From: Betaproteobacteria bacterium Ga0077532
GTDB lineage: Bacteria > Pseudomonadota > Gammaproteobacteria > Burkholderiales > Ga0077523
Assembly: GCA_001464895.1 (NCBI GenBank)
Contig: LNEE01000062.1
Span: 64,333-128,332 of the forward strand
Direction of reading: 5' to 3'
DNA length: 64,000 nt
Each line of letters opens with the position of its first letter. Within the stretch, counting starts at the first letter, position 1. The notes under the pieces were generated by a model that was not told where the DNA came from, searched no databases, and worked only from the letters and a program-made list of their open reading frames with translations. A program made the position numbers and the translations under genes. Shown here piece after piece: positions 8,567-18,070 of this stretch.

Positions 8567-8614
8567 AGCGATTTCTTGCATCAACCGCTTTCGCGGCCAT
8601 GGGCCGCTCCTACA
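8524..8614. repeat. ~90-bp composite REP/BIME-like element
   Basis: TGTAGGAGCGGCCCATGGCCGCGAAAGC (8524-8551), a 34-nt spacer GATCGTTCCGGTTGAAGCGATTTCTTGCATCAAC, then the inverted unit CGCTTTCGCGGCCATGGGCCGCTCCTACA (8586-8614). Confidence 0.9.
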
Positions 8615-8641
8615 GAAAGCGTGGCCCACTTCCAAGCGCCG

Positions 8642-9337
8642 CTACGGCACCGTCACCAACGGCATCCGCGCCATGATGATCCCCGTCTTCCGGGCGAGCG
8701 CCGGGGACGATCGGTTGCGGTCGTAGTACCGCGGGTTCGGCACCATCGACGCGAGGCGTGCCGCTTGCGCAGGGGTGAGATTCGCCGCGCCGGTCCGGTA
8801 GTAGTGCCGCGCCGCGGCCTCGGCACCGAACACGCCGTTGCCCCACTCGATCACGTTCAGGTAGATCTCGAGGATGCGGCGCTTGTCCATCACGCCCTCG
8901 AGCATCAGCGTGATCACGGCTTCCTGCAGCTTGCGCCACGGGGTCTTCTTCGATGAGAGGAACAGATTCTTCGCAAGCTGCTGACTGATGGTCGAACCGC
9001 CGGCGACGATGCGGCCCTTCTTCAGATTCTTCTCGTACGCCTTCTGCAGGGCCTCCCAGTCGAAGCCGTCGTGGTCGAGAAACTTCGAATCCTCGGCGGC
9101 GACGATGGCGCGCTTCAGGCTGACCGAGATCTTCGCGTACGGCACCCATTGGTGCTTCAGTTCCGCTTCGGGGTTCTTCTCCTGCAGGATCTGGCGGCGG
9201 TCGTCCATGAAGCTCGACGACGACGGGTTCACCCAGATCCATGCGACCACGTGCGCAAAGATCCACAGCTGGTAGACGAACACGACGACCGTGAAGAGCG
9301 CGAGGCCCCGCCACGCATAGCGCCAGAATTTGCGCAT
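8642..9337 (-). CDS. mtgA: Monofunctional biosynthetic peptidoglycan transglycosylase
   Basis: 231 aa with an N-terminal TM segment and GT51 motifs: AAEDSKFLDHDGFD, GGSTISQQLAKNLFL, RKLQEAVITLMLE. Confidence 0.92.
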   Translation of the reverse strand: MRKFWRYAWRGLALFTVVVFVYQLWIFAHVVAWIWVNPSSSSFMDDRRQILQEKNPEAELKHQWVPYAKISVSLKRAIVAAEDSKFLDHDGFDWEALQKAYEKNLKKGRIVAGGSTISQQLAKNLFLSSKKTPWRKLQEAVITLMLEGVMDKRRILEIYLNVIEWGNGVFGAEAAARHYYRTGAANLTPAQAARLASMVPNPRYYDRNRSSPALARKTGIIMARMPLVTVP

Positions 9338-9340
9338 CGG

Positions 9341-10159
9341 TCAGGGGGAGGCGCGGAGCATGGCGAGCACGGGTGCGGTGTCGGGCCGCACGCCGCGCCA
9401 GATCTCGAAGGCTTCCGCCGCCTGTTCCACGAGCATGCCGAGGCCATCGGCCACGCGCGTGGCACCCTCCGCGAGCGCGAACCGCGCGAAGGCCGTCTCG
9501 CCCTTGCCGTACATCATCTCGTAGGCAAGCGCTCCGGGCGCGAACACGCCGCGCGGGAGATCCGGCGCCGCACCGCCCACCGCGGCCGACGTGCCGTCGA
9601 TGACGAGATCGAACTGCTGCCCGGCGAGATCCGCGAAGCCGCAACCGGTGACATCGCCCCTGCCCGCGAAATGCTGTGCGAGATCGCGTGCCTTGTCGGC
9701 AGTGCGATTGGCCACGACGAGCCGCGCGGGCGCGCACCCGAGCAGCGGCAGGATCACGCCGCGCACGGCGCCACCCGCACCGAGCAACAGGACGCGCGCA
9801 CCGGCGATCGCGAGGCCTTGATTGCGTTCGAGGTCAGTCACGAGCCCCGCACCGTCGGTGTTGTCGCCGAAGGCATCGCGGCCGTCGAACACCATCGTGT
9901 TGACGGCCCCGGCGGCCTCGGCGCGCGCGCTGCGGCGGTCGACGTAGTCGAAGGCGTCGAGCTTGAAGGGCAGGGTGACATTGGCGCCGGCACCACCGGC
10001 CGCGCGAAACGCGTCGACCGCCGCGGCGAAGCCGTCAACGGGGGCGAGCAGGCGGTCGTAGACGATGTCCTGCCCCGTCTGCTTCGCGAACGCGGCGTGG
10101 ATCTGCGGCGAGCGGCTGTGGGCGATGGGGTTGCCGATGACGACGTAGGTGGCGGGCAT
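9341..10159 (-). CDS. aroE: Shikimate dehydrogenase
   Basis: 272 aa beginning VIGNPIAHSRSPQIHAAFA, with LLLGAGGAVRGV (the NADP site). It sits directly upstream of mtgA, as in many proteobacteria. Confidence 0.92.
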   Translation of the reverse strand: MPATYVVIGNPIAHSRSPQIHAAFAKQTGQDIVYDRLLAPVDGFAAAVDAFRAAGGAGANVTLPFKLDAFDYVDRRSARAEAAGAVNTMVFDGRDAFGDNTDGAGLVTDLERNQGLAIAGARVLLLGAGGAVRGVILPLLGCAPARLVVANRTADKARDLAQHFAGRGDVTGCGFADLAGQQFDLVIDGTSAAVGGAAPDLPRGVFAPGALAYEMMYGKGETAFARFALAEGATRVADGLGMLVEQAAEAFEIWRGVRPDTAPVLAMLRASP

Positions 10160-10239
10160 GGCGGGGCTCGACTATCCGGGGATTCTGGCGTCAGCAATCA
10201 GGGCGAGGACCGAGTTGGCGACGGCGATCGAAACCAGGC

Positions 10240-10412
10240 ATCCGGTGCATCGACCGCTTTCGCGGGCGTGGCCCGCTCCCACGAGGTCCACAACCGGCTC
10301 ACGCGGCGGATCCACCGATCTTGTAGGAGGGGCCCATGGCCCCGAAAGCGGTCGATGCGAGGTAGCGCTTCGACCAGAGCAAACGCTTTCGCGGGCATGG
10401 CCCACTCCTACA
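10240..10412. repeat. REP/BIME-like cluster: one partial plus one complete composite
   Basis: A partial element (spacer end plus unit) ends at 10282. The complete composite is unit 10322-10349, 34-nt spacer, inverted unit 10384-10412. Its units are slightly diverged (GGGGCCCATGGCCCC). Confidence 0.85.
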
Positions 10413-10512
10413 GAAGCTCGCCGATTGCCAAGTCGGGTGGGCGCATCCACGGCGAACATTCGACGCACGCCGGCGCACGTCCACCGACGCGAACTGGAGG
10501 AACAAGGAAAGC

Positions 10513-11472
10513 TCACTCGCTCACCAGCTGATCCGACTTCGTGAAGGACCAGTTCCGCGTGATGCTCAGGATGTCGTACTCCTTGCGGATCGATGGCGGG
10601 AACGGGGCGAAGGGGGCGGCGAGCTGGACGACGCGGCGGGCGGCCTTGTCGAGGACCGCGTGGCCGGACGAGCGGTCGATCTCGACCTTCTCGACGGTGC
10701 CGTCGGCGCGGATCGACACGGTGATGAGCAGCGTGCCGAACAGACCCTTCTGGCGGGCCTCTGCCGGGAAGTTGTGCGTGCCGACGCGCTCGATGCGCTG
10801 GCGCCATTCGTCGACGTATTGCGCGTACGCGGCCTCCTCCGTGCGCGCGCCGATGAACTTGCGCTTCGGGAGCTTCTGGTAGGCCTCCCACTGTCTCGCG
10901 ATCTGTGCCTCCAGGCGGGCGATCTGCTGGCGGCGCTCGGCGGCGTCGAGCGGCTCGCGACCCTCGGACGCGATCTCGGCGGGCCGCGGGGCGGGGAGGG
11001 CGGTGGCGACCTGCTGATCGGCCTTCATCTGGGTGAGCAGCCGCTGGACCTCGGTCTCCAACTGCTGCACGTGCCGGGACGCGACGCTCACCTGCTCGGA
11101 CTCGGTGGAATCCGACACGACGGGCAGATTGGATTTCGCGCGGCGGTCGGCCTCGGTGTTGCCGCCGCCGTCGAGGTTCGCCTGCGCCAGGGCATCGGCC
11201 TTCACCGGCTTGCGTGCGGTCTTGCTGTTGACGAGCACCACCTCGAGCGGCGGCGTGAGATTCTCGAGCAACTTCATGTCGGGCGCGACGAAGCGCAGCA
11301 GCAGCAGACACGCGTGAACGACCAGCGATACGGCGATCGCCACGGACAGCAGCTGGCTCCGCGGTGGCGGCGGCGGCAGCGTGAACTCGGCGGGGGGCGT
11401 CATCGGTGCAGGGGGTGCGGGCGGCGGTGTCGCATCCCGCTGGCGTGCACCGCGTTTGCGCCCGCCCGCCAT
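10513..11472 (-). CDS. TonB C-terminal domain-containing energy transducer-like protein
   Basis: 319 aa with a Pro-rich N-terminus, one TM segment (LLSVAIAVSLVVHACLLLL) and a coiled-coil middle. The C-terminus is TonB-like: GTLLITVSIRADGTVEKVEIDRSSGHAVLDKAARRVV. Confidence 0.75.
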   Translation of the reverse strand: MAGGRKRGARQRDATPPPAPPAPMTPPAEFTLPPPPPRSQLLSVAIAVSLVVHACLLLLRFVAPDMKLLENLTPPLEVVLVNSKTARKPVKADALAQANLDGGGNTEADRRAKSNLPVVSDSTESEQVSVASRHVQQLETEVQRLLTQMKADQQVATALPAPRPAEIASEGREPLDAAERRQQIARLEAQIARQWEAYQKLPKRKFIGARTEEAAYAQYVDEWRQRIERVGTHNFPAEARQKGLFGTLLITVSIRADGTVEKVEIDRSSGHAVLDKAARRVVQLAAPFAPFPPSIRKEYDILSITRNWSFTKSDQLVSE

Positions 11473-11476
11473 CGGG

Positions 11477-13318
11477 TCAGGACACGCTCTTGCCGGCGAA
11501 GCGGCAATCGAGGTCGAGGCCGAGGAGATCCACGCGGGTCACGTCCACATCGACCGCCGTGCCGACCTCGATCTCCGGCAGCGACGGCACCCGCGCGAGC
11601 AGCGGGATGCGATCGATGCGCACGAGGCTCTCGCGCAGGACGTGGGCACGCGTGGTGGTGATGTTCTCCTGCACGAGCCAGCGCAGGCACCAGTAGCGTT
11701 CCATGCCGCGCTGAAAGTCGATGTAGATCTCGTTGGCGGCCTCGAAGTCGCGCATCGCGATCATCAGCTCGTCGGAGTCGAATCGGTACGGTGCCTCGAT
11801 GCCCTGCGTGACGGCGATGATCTGCCGCTGGTTCACGAGGTCGACGTAGCGGCGCAGCGGGCTGCTGGACCACGCGTACTGCGCGACGCCGAGGCCCTCG
11901 TGCGGCGCGGCCTCCACCGACATCTTCACCTTGCCACCACCCTGCACGCGATAGATGCCGGGCACGCCGAACTCGGCGAGCTGCCGACCCCATTCGGTGT
12001 TGGCGAGGATCATCATCTCGGCGACCACCTTGTCCATCGGCGAGCCGCGACGGCGCTCGACGATGCGCACGCGGTCGTTCTCGACGTAGAAGCTGTAGTC
12101 CTGCCGGTCGGGCTGGCCGTCCGCCTTGCCGCGCGCGATCTCGCGGCGGCGCGCGAACCGCAGCAGCAACTCCAGCTCGCGGCCGTACGGGAAGTCGAGC
12201 TGGCCTGCAGCGACCGTCTCCTCGTTGAACTGCGCATCGAGCGCGTCGTGCCGCAGGTTCGCGACGATTGGCACGCGCTCCACGCGGGTCTCGTAGCCCA
12301 CGGGATCGAGCGCCTCGTCCACGAACACGTACAGCGACACGGCGGGCCGGGCGGAGCCTTCCAGGAGCGTGTACCGGTCGATCACGGCGTCCGGCAGCAT
12401 CGTGATCTTGCGGCCCGGCATGTAGATGGTCGACAGGCGGCGCGAAGCGGCAGCGTCCATCGGGGAGCCGGGCACGATGCCGAGCGCCGGGGCCGCGATG
12501 TGGATGCCGATGCGCCATCCACCCGCGGGCAGCGGAACGATCGACAGCGCGTCGTCGATCTCGGTGGTGGTGGCGTCGTCGATGCTGAACGCCTCGACCT
12601 CGGCCACGGGGAGGTCGCCGGGCTCGGGCATCTCGCCCGGGTCGGCGAAACCCGTGCCGCGGGGGAAGTGCTCGTGCAGGAAACGGTTGAAGTGGTACTC
12701 GTGGCTGGACGGGATCGCGCCGCATTTTTCGAGCAGGTGCAGCGTCGACATGCCGGTGGCCACGGCCGCGCTCTCGAGCGCCTTCACCTCGATGGTGTTG
12801 CGGTCGGGGGCGTAGAGCAGTTCGGGGAGCTTGTCGCGGAAGGTCTCGGGCAGCTCGAAACGCGAGAGCGTCTCGATGTACTCCGCCTGGGCGAGGGCCT
12901 GCAGGCGTTTGCGTTCGGCCCCGGCGAGTGCAGCCTTCAACGATTCCGGTGGCGCGGCGCGGTAGCGGCCTCGGCCCTTCTTGTAGAAGTGCATCGGCGC
13001 GCCGTGCAACCGCAGCAGCAGGCCGGCAGCTTCCATCGGGTTCGGCGCGTGACCGAAGTAATCCTTGCCGAGGTCGGTGTAGTCGAACTCGTCCTGCGGC
13101 GCCACCTCCCAGAGGAAGTTCGGGTCGATGTCGGCCGCGAGCGCGTTCGCGCCCTCGGCGAAGGCGGTGAGGCCCGGCGACTCGAAGCGCACCATCACGG
13201 CATTCGCCTTGACCTTGGTGCGTTTGCCGTGGGCCGTCTCGACCTGGAGCGAGGTGTTGTTGTCGGCGAGGACGGTGCCGGCCTTGAAGCCGCCATCCTC
13301 TTCGTAGAAGACGTTCAC
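11477..13318 (-). CDS. RNB-domain exoribonuclease (RNase II/R family)
   Basis: 613 aa with the RNB catalytic region: AFSIDDATTTEIDDALSI and WSSSPLRRYVDLVNQRQ. Confidence 0.88.
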   Translation of the reverse strand: MNVFYEEDGGFKAGTVLADNNTSLQVETAHGKRTKVKANAVMVRFESPGLTAFAEGANALAADIDPNFLWEVAPQDEFDYTDLGKDYFGHAPNPMEAAGLLLRLHGAPMHFYKKGRGRYRAAPPESLKAALAGAERKRLQALAQAEYIETLSRFELPETFRDKLPELLYAPDRNTIEVKALESAAVATGMSTLHLLEKCGAIPSSHEYHFNRFLHEHFPRGTGFADPGEMPEPGDLPVAEVEAFSIDDATTTEIDDALSIVPLPAGGWRIGIHIAAPALGIVPGSPMDAAASRRLSTIYMPGRKITMLPDAVIDRYTLLEGSARPAVSLYVFVDEALDPVGYETRVERVPIVANLRHDALDAQFNEETVAAGQLDFPYGRELELLLRFARRREIARGKADGQPDRQDYSFYVENDRVRIVERRRGSPMDKVVAEMMILANTEWGRQLAEFGVPGIYRVQGGGKVKMSVEAAPHEGLGVAQYAWSSSPLRRYVDLVNQRQIIAVTQGIEAPYRFDSDELMIAMRDFEAANEIYIDFQRGMERYWCLRWLVQENITTTRAHVLRESLVRIDRIPLLARVPSLPEIEVGTAVDVDVTRVDLLGLDLDCRFAGKSVS

Positions 13319-13392
13319 GGAGTGACCTGGTGAGTCGCGGGCGCCGGCGGATGCCCCCCGCCCGAAGCGCCGCGATTATACGGGCCGCGCAC

Positions 13393-13965
13393 TCACGTGC
13401 CGTGGTCGCCGAAGGCGATCACTTCGTCGAGGTACTGCTCGAACTCCGCGAACCCGTGGTCGGAGCCCTCGATGATGTGCTGCTTCGAGCCCGCGAACCG
13501 CGCCACGGCGATGCGCCAGTCGAGCAGTTCGTCGCCGGTGGTGTGCATCAGGAAGAGTCGCCCCGGATGCGTGGACTGCGGGACGAAGAGCGCCGCCATC
13601 TCGGCGAGGTGCCCGCGGGTGAGTTCGTACGCTTCACCGGTATAGAGATTCTTCTGGGGCCCCAGCCAGGCGACGAGCCCTTCGTGGGGCGTGATCGCCG
13701 GGTTCACCAGCACGGCGCGGCAGTCGTGGTGTTCGGCGAGCCAGGTCGCGTAGAACCCGCCGAGCGAACTGCCCACGAGCACCAGGGGCTGGTCCCCACG
13801 CCCGGCGATCACGCGCTCGAGCAACGCCATCGCCTCGCGGGGCGACGGGGGCAGGGCGGGGCAGAGGAACTCATCCCCGCGGCCCAGGGCCTCGAGGCGG
13901 GCGTGGAGCTGGCGCGCCTTGATCGACGCGGGGGCACTGTTGAAACCGTGGATGTAGAGATACAC
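13393..13965 (-). CDS. YqiA/YcfP-family alpha/beta-hydrolase esterase
   Basis: ORF 13393..14187 is trimmed to GTG (13963-13965), giving (M)YLYIHGFNSAP. The nucleophile elbow is GSSLGG and the length is about 190 aa, as for YqiA. The start is inferred. Confidence 0.75.
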   Translation of the reverse strand: MYLYIHGFNSAPASIKARQLHARLEALGRGDEFLCPALPPSPREAMALLERVIAGRGDQPLVLVGSSLGGFYATWLAEHHDCRAVLVNPAITPHEGLVAWLGPQKNLYTGEAYELTRGHLAEMAALFVPQSTHPGRLFLMHTTGDELLDWRIAVARFAGSKQHIIEGSDHGFAEFEQYLDEVIAFGDHGT

Positions 13966-14098
13966 GAGACGCTCCGGGAACCGTACGCCATTGTGCGACG
14001 AACCGGACGCGATGCCGCAGACGCCCCGCGGTGGTGCGACGGATGCGCCCGCCGCGGCCTTCGTGTATATCACGCGCTCCCGTTCACGGAAGACCGCC

Positions 14099-15424
14099 AT
14101 GCATTCCCGCCGCGATTTCCTGGCCGGCTGCGCCACGGCTGCCGCCGCCGGTGTCCTCCCGACCCACGCCGAGGAACCCACCCCCATGCGTCCCGAGATG
14201 AAGGCCCTGCGCGACGGCTACGTCGGTCAGTACCAGGGCGGTGTCTATCTGCTTCCCGCCACCGACGAGACGGTGCAGTGGGGCTGGTTCGATCAGGCCG
14301 AGCCGCCGCGCGCGCGCATCCGCTCCGGGGACACGCTGGTGATGGAGACCATGATGGCCTCCCTGGATCAGGTGCTCCCCGGCGTGCCGGTGGACGAGAT
14401 CACGCGCCTCCGGAAGGCGCACCCCGGGCGGGGGCCGCACACGATCACGGGGCCGGTGTACGTCGAGGGCGCGATGCCCGGCGACGCGCTGCGTATCCGC
14501 ATCAACCGCATCGTCCCGCGCAGCTATGGCGCCAACTGGAATCTCCCGGGCGATCTGAAGCTCGGTCAGTTCCCCGACGCGTTCCCGGAACCCCAGGTGA
14601 AGTACTTCTACTTCGACCTCGCGCGCGGCGTCACCGAGTTCCTGCCCGGCATCGAGATCCCGGTGCGACCGTTCCCCGGCGTGCTCGGCGTGGCGCGGGC
14701 CGAGAGCGGCAAGTTCAGCACCGTCCCGCCCGGGCCCTTCGGCGGCAACATCGACATCCGCGAACTGGTGGCCGGCACGTCGATCCTGATCCCGGTGTTC
14801 GTCGACGGCGCGCTCCTGTGGTCGGGCGACTCGCACGCGGCGCAGGGCAACGGCGAGATCAACCTGACCGCCATCGAGACGGCGTTCAGCGAACTCAACA
14901 TGACCGTCGAGGTGGTGAAGGGCGCGAAGCTCGCGTGGCCGCGACTCGAGACGCCGACCCACTGGATCACCGTCGGCTACGACCGCGATCTCAACAAGGC
15001 GCTGGAAATCCTCGAAGAGGAGACCGTGAAGTTCCTCGTCGAGACCCAGGGCATGGACCAGGCCGGCGCGCGCAAGCACATGACGACGTACGGCGACTGC
15101 CGCGTGGCCGAGGTGGTGAACCAGGTGAAGGGGCTCTACTGCATGCTGCCCAAGCGGGCGCGCGCCAAGCCCGGCATCCGGCCGACGGCCGAGACGCGCA
15201 ACAACTTCGTCGCGCACGCGGTGGACGGCGATCTCATGCAGGCACTGAACGAGGCCGCGATGCGCATGATCCGCGATGTGGCAGACCGCGCGAACATGGC
15301 GCCGATCGACGCCTATTCGCTGGCAAGCCTTGCGATGGATGCGCGCGTCGGACGCCTCGAACCGGGGGCGCGCCACGTGCACTGCCTGCTGCCGAAATCG
15401 CTGTGGGTGAAGGGCAAGGGCTGA
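14099..15424 (+). CDS. Acetamidase/formamidase-family amidase with a twin-arginine signal peptide
   Basis: ORF 13991..15424 is trimmed to the ATG at 14099 (MHSRRDFLAGCATAAAAGVLPTHA). FmdA_AmdA-like segments are present: GPHTITGPVYVEGAMPGD and GGNIDIRELVAGTSILIPV. Confidence 0.85.
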   Translation: MHSRRDFLAGCATAAAAGVLPTHAEEPTPMRPEMKALRDGYVGQYQGGVYLLPATDETVQWGWFDQAEPPRARIRSGDTLVMETMMASLDQVLPGVPVDEITRLRKAHPGRGPHTITGPVYVEGAMPGDALRIRINRIVPRSYGANWNLPGDLKLGQFPDAFPEPQVKYFYFDLARGVTEFLPGIEIPVRPFPGVLGVARAESGKFSTVPPGPFGGNIDIRELVAGTSILIPVFVDGALLWSGDSHAAQGNGEINLTAIETAFSELNMTVEVVKGAKLAWPRLETPTHWITVGYDRDLNKALEILEEETVKFLVETQGMDQAGARKHMTTYGDCRVAEVVNQVKGLYCMLPKRARAKPGIRPTAETRNNFVAHAVDGDLMQALNEAAMRMIRDVADRANMAPIDAYSLASLAMDARVGRLEPGARHVHCLLPKSLWVKGKG

Positions 15425-15471
15425 TGATCGCGGGGCCGCGCTCCGCCGGTCACGACGGCGGCTGACGGCCG

Positions 15472-16305
15472 CTACAGGCGGAACACCCCGCGCGCCACCT
15501 CGACCACGCGCCCGCCCACGCGGATCGTCCGGTCCGCATCGACGGCGAGCGCGAGGCGGCACGCCCGGCCGAGATGGTCACCCTGATGCACCGTCACCGA
15601 CCGGGGCAACGATTGCCCCGTCGCGATCCACCAGCCCCCGAGATTCGCGCACGCCGACCCGGTGCCGGGGTCCTCGGCGAAGACGCCCGGCTGCTTCTCG
15701 AAGAAGAACCGCACGGGAAGGCGATCGCCCGGCCCGTCGACGAAGCAGTGGATCTTCACCATGCCGCCCGGGTTCTTCCAGCGGATGGCCAGCGCTGCCA
15801 CGGGCCACGCTCGGGTGAGGGCGTCTTCGGACACGAGGGGGATCAGCAGCTGATCGCTGCCGGTGCTCACCCAGAGCGGCGCGTCCCCGAGGTCCGGCGC
15901 AGCCAGTCCGAGCATCGCCGCAAGCTCGTCGCGCGTCGCGTCGGGCGCCCGCCATTGGGGCGCGTTCGCGGTGAGCGTGAGGCGATCCCCGTCGATGGCA
16001 ACGGGAATGATCCCCGCCTGCATCTCCAGCCGGACCGCGTCGCCGCGTCCGACGACGAATGCGGTGCCGAGCGTGGGATGTCCGGCGAAGGGCATCTCCC
16101 CGTTGGGCGTGAAGATGCGGACCCGCGCATCGGCCACCGTCGACGGCAGGACGAAGGTGGTCTCGGAGAGGTTGAACTGGATCGCGAGCGCCAGAAGCTC
16201 GGCATCGTCCAGCCCGCGGGCATCCTCGAACACGCAGAGCGGATTGCCGGAGAGCGTGGCGTCGGTGGCGAAGACGTTGACGATGCGGAAGGCGAGGTTG
16301 CGCAT
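15472..16305 (-). CDS. PhzF-family isomerase
   Basis: ORF 15472..16329 is trimmed to the ATG at 16303-16305 behind GGAG. The N-terminus FRIVNVFATDATLSGNPLCVF...FNLSETTFVLP is typical of PhzF. Confidence 0.88.
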   Translation of the reverse strand: MRNLAFRIVNVFATDATLSGNPLCVFEDARGLDDAELLALAIQFNLSETTFVLPSTVADARVRIFTPNGEMPFAGHPTLGTAFVVGRGDAVRLEMQAGIIPVAIDGDRLTLTANAPQWRAPDATRDELAAMLGLAAPDLGDAPLWVSTGSDQLLIPLVSEDALTRAWPVAALAIRWKNPGGMVKIHCFVDGPGDRLPVRFFFEKQPGVFAEDPGTGSACANLGGWWIATGQSLPRSVTVHQGDHLGRACRLALAVDADRTIRVGGRVVEVARGVFRL

Positions 16306-16523
16306 GGCGGGGCTCCGTGGCAAAGCCATTGGTGCAGTGGTTGTTGGAGGGACCGATGGCGCACCAGCCGCCCGTGATCAAGGCGACGGTTTCTGTCGGA
16401 CCATGGCCGCCTTTCAGGCCGGAGGCCCGCGGCGGCTGGGCCGCGTGGCGTACCAACAAGGGGAGGGCCCCTTGTATATCCCCCGTTGCTGCGCCACCCG
16501 TCGCGAAGATGGGTCGCGTTTGT

Positions 16524-16634
16524 TGTAGGAGCGGGCCATGCCCGCGAAAGCGACGGTTCCGGTTGAAGCGTTGCCTTGCATCGACCGCTTTCGCGGCCAT
16601 GGGCCGCTCCTACAAGGGCATGGCCCGCTCCTAC
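16524..16634. repeat. ~90-bp composite REP/BIME-like element plus an extra half unit
   Basis: Unit 16524-16551, spacer GACGGTTCCGGTTGAAGCGTTGCCTTGCATCGAC, inverted unit 16586-16614. An extra GGCATGGCCCGCTCCTAC (16617-16634) contains the mpl stop codon. Confidence 0.9.
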
Positions 16635-17980
16635 CCCTTCGCGAGCCGCTCCAGCAGCTTCCCGTGCACGCCGCCGAACCCGCCGTTGCTCATCACCAGG
16701 ATGTGATCGCCGGGGCGTGCCTCGGCGGACACCGCCTCCACCAGCGCTGCGAGTTCCGTGTAGGTCCTGGCGCGATCGCCCAGCGGGGCGAGCGCCTCGG
16801 CGGCGTCCCAGCCGAGGCCGCCCGCATAGCAGAACACACGGTCGGCGTCGTGCAGGCTCGCCGGCAGCTGCGCCTTCATCACGCCCAGCTTCATCGTGTT
16901 GGAACGCGGCTCGAGCACCGCGAGGATGCGCGCATCGCCCACGCGATGGCGCAGGCCGCCAACCGTCGTGGCGATCGCGGTCGGGTGATGCGCGAAGTCG
17001 TCGTACACCGCGATGTCGCGCACGGTGCCGCGCAGCTCCATGCGCCGCCGCACGTTGCGGAAGCGTCCGAGCGCCTCGATCCCCGTCGCAACGGGCACGC
17101 CGGCATGGCGCGCGGCGGCGATCGCGGCGATCGCGTTCAGGCGGTTGTGTTCGCCGAGGAGATCCCACTGCACGCGCCCCACGGTTTCGCCCTTCAGGAT
17201 CACGTCGAAGGCGCCGTCGGCATCGGGCGGACCCGCCTGCCATCCGCCCGCTGCACCGAAGCGCTCGACGGGCGTCCAGCAGCCGCGCTCGATCACGCGA
17301 TCCAGAGAGGCCTCGGCGCCGTTCGCCACGATCAGCCCGTTGCCCGGCACCGTGCGGACGAGGTGATGGAACTGCGTCTCGATGGCGCCCAAGTCGGGAA
17401 AGATGTCGGCATGGTCGAACTCGAGGTTGTTCAGGACCGAGGTGCGCGGGCGGTAGTGGACGAACTTCGAACGCTTGTCGAAGAAGGCCGTGTCGTATTC
17501 GTCGGCCTCGATCACGAAGAAGTGCGAGTCGGTGATCCGTGCGGAGAGACCGAAGTTCATCGGTACGCCGCCGATCAGGAACCCGGGCCGCAGGCCGGCG
17601 TCCTCCAGGATCCACGCGAGCATGGAGGCGGTGGTCGTCTTGCCGTGCGTACCGGCAACCGCGAGTACCCAGCGGTTGCGCAGCAAGGTCTCGGCGAGCC
17701 ACTGGGGGCCGGACACGTAGGGCAGGCCGCGATCGAGGATGGCCTCCATGAGCCGGTTGCCGCGCGACACCACGTTGCCGATCACGTAGAGATCGGGGCA
17801 CAGCTCGGTCTGCCGGGGATCCCACCCTTCGGTGAGGCGGATGCCCTGCTGTTCGAGCTGCGTGCTCATGGGCGGGTAGACGTTCTCGTCGCAGCCCGTG
17901 ACGGTATGACCCGCCTGCCGGGCGATGACGGCGATGCCGCCCATGAAGGTGCCGCAGATACCGAGGATGTGAATGTGCAT
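16631..17980 (-). CDS. mpl: UDP-N-acetylmuramate:L-alanyl-gamma-D-glutamyl-meso-diaminopimelate ligase
   Basis: 449 aa beginning MHIHILGICGTFMGGIAVIARQAGHTVTGCDENVYPPMSTQL, with the Mur ligase P-loop GTHGKTTT. Confidence 0.92.
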   Translation of the reverse strand: MHIHILGICGTFMGGIAVIARQAGHTVTGCDENVYPPMSTQLEQQGIRLTEGWDPRQTELCPDLYVIGNVVSRGNRLMEAILDRGLPYVSGPQWLAETLLRNRWVLAVAGTHGKTTTASMLAWILEDAGLRPGFLIGGVPMNFGLSARITDSHFFVIEADEYDTAFFDKRSKFVHYRPRTSVLNNLEFDHADIFPDLGAIETQFHHLVRTVPGNGLIVANGAEASLDRVIERGCWTPVERFGAAGGWQAGPPDADGAFDVILKGETVGRVQWDLLGEHNRLNAIAAIAAARHAGVPVATGIEALGRFRNVRRRMELRGTVRDIAVYDDFAHHPTAIATTVGGLRHRVGDARILAVLEPRSNTMKLGVMKAQLPASLHDADRVFCYAGGLGWDAAEALAPLGDRARTYTELAALVEAVSAEARPGDHILVMSNGGFGGVHGKLLERLAKG

Positions 17981-18070
17981 GCAGGGACCGGACGAGATGA
18001 TGACGTGCGCTGCTCGCGCGTCGGGAGGCGACCCGGATTGTAGACGGCGGCGCGGCGCCGGTCGCGACGA

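Noticed and set aside
8538-8726. Small ORFs sharing peptides such as FRGHGPLLQ and AMGRSYK. They occur at 1552.., 8538.., 10198..10398, 10299..10505, 16538.. and 15578...
   Set aside because: The shared peptides are simply translations of the REP unit in different frames, so this is a repeat artefact and not a gene family.
1468-16634. Possibility that the repeated 28-nt units are CRISPR arrays
   Set aside because: There are only 2-3 units per site. The units are in inverted, not direct, orientation. The 'spacers' are conserved between loci. No cas genes are present. This fits REP/BIME-type elements.
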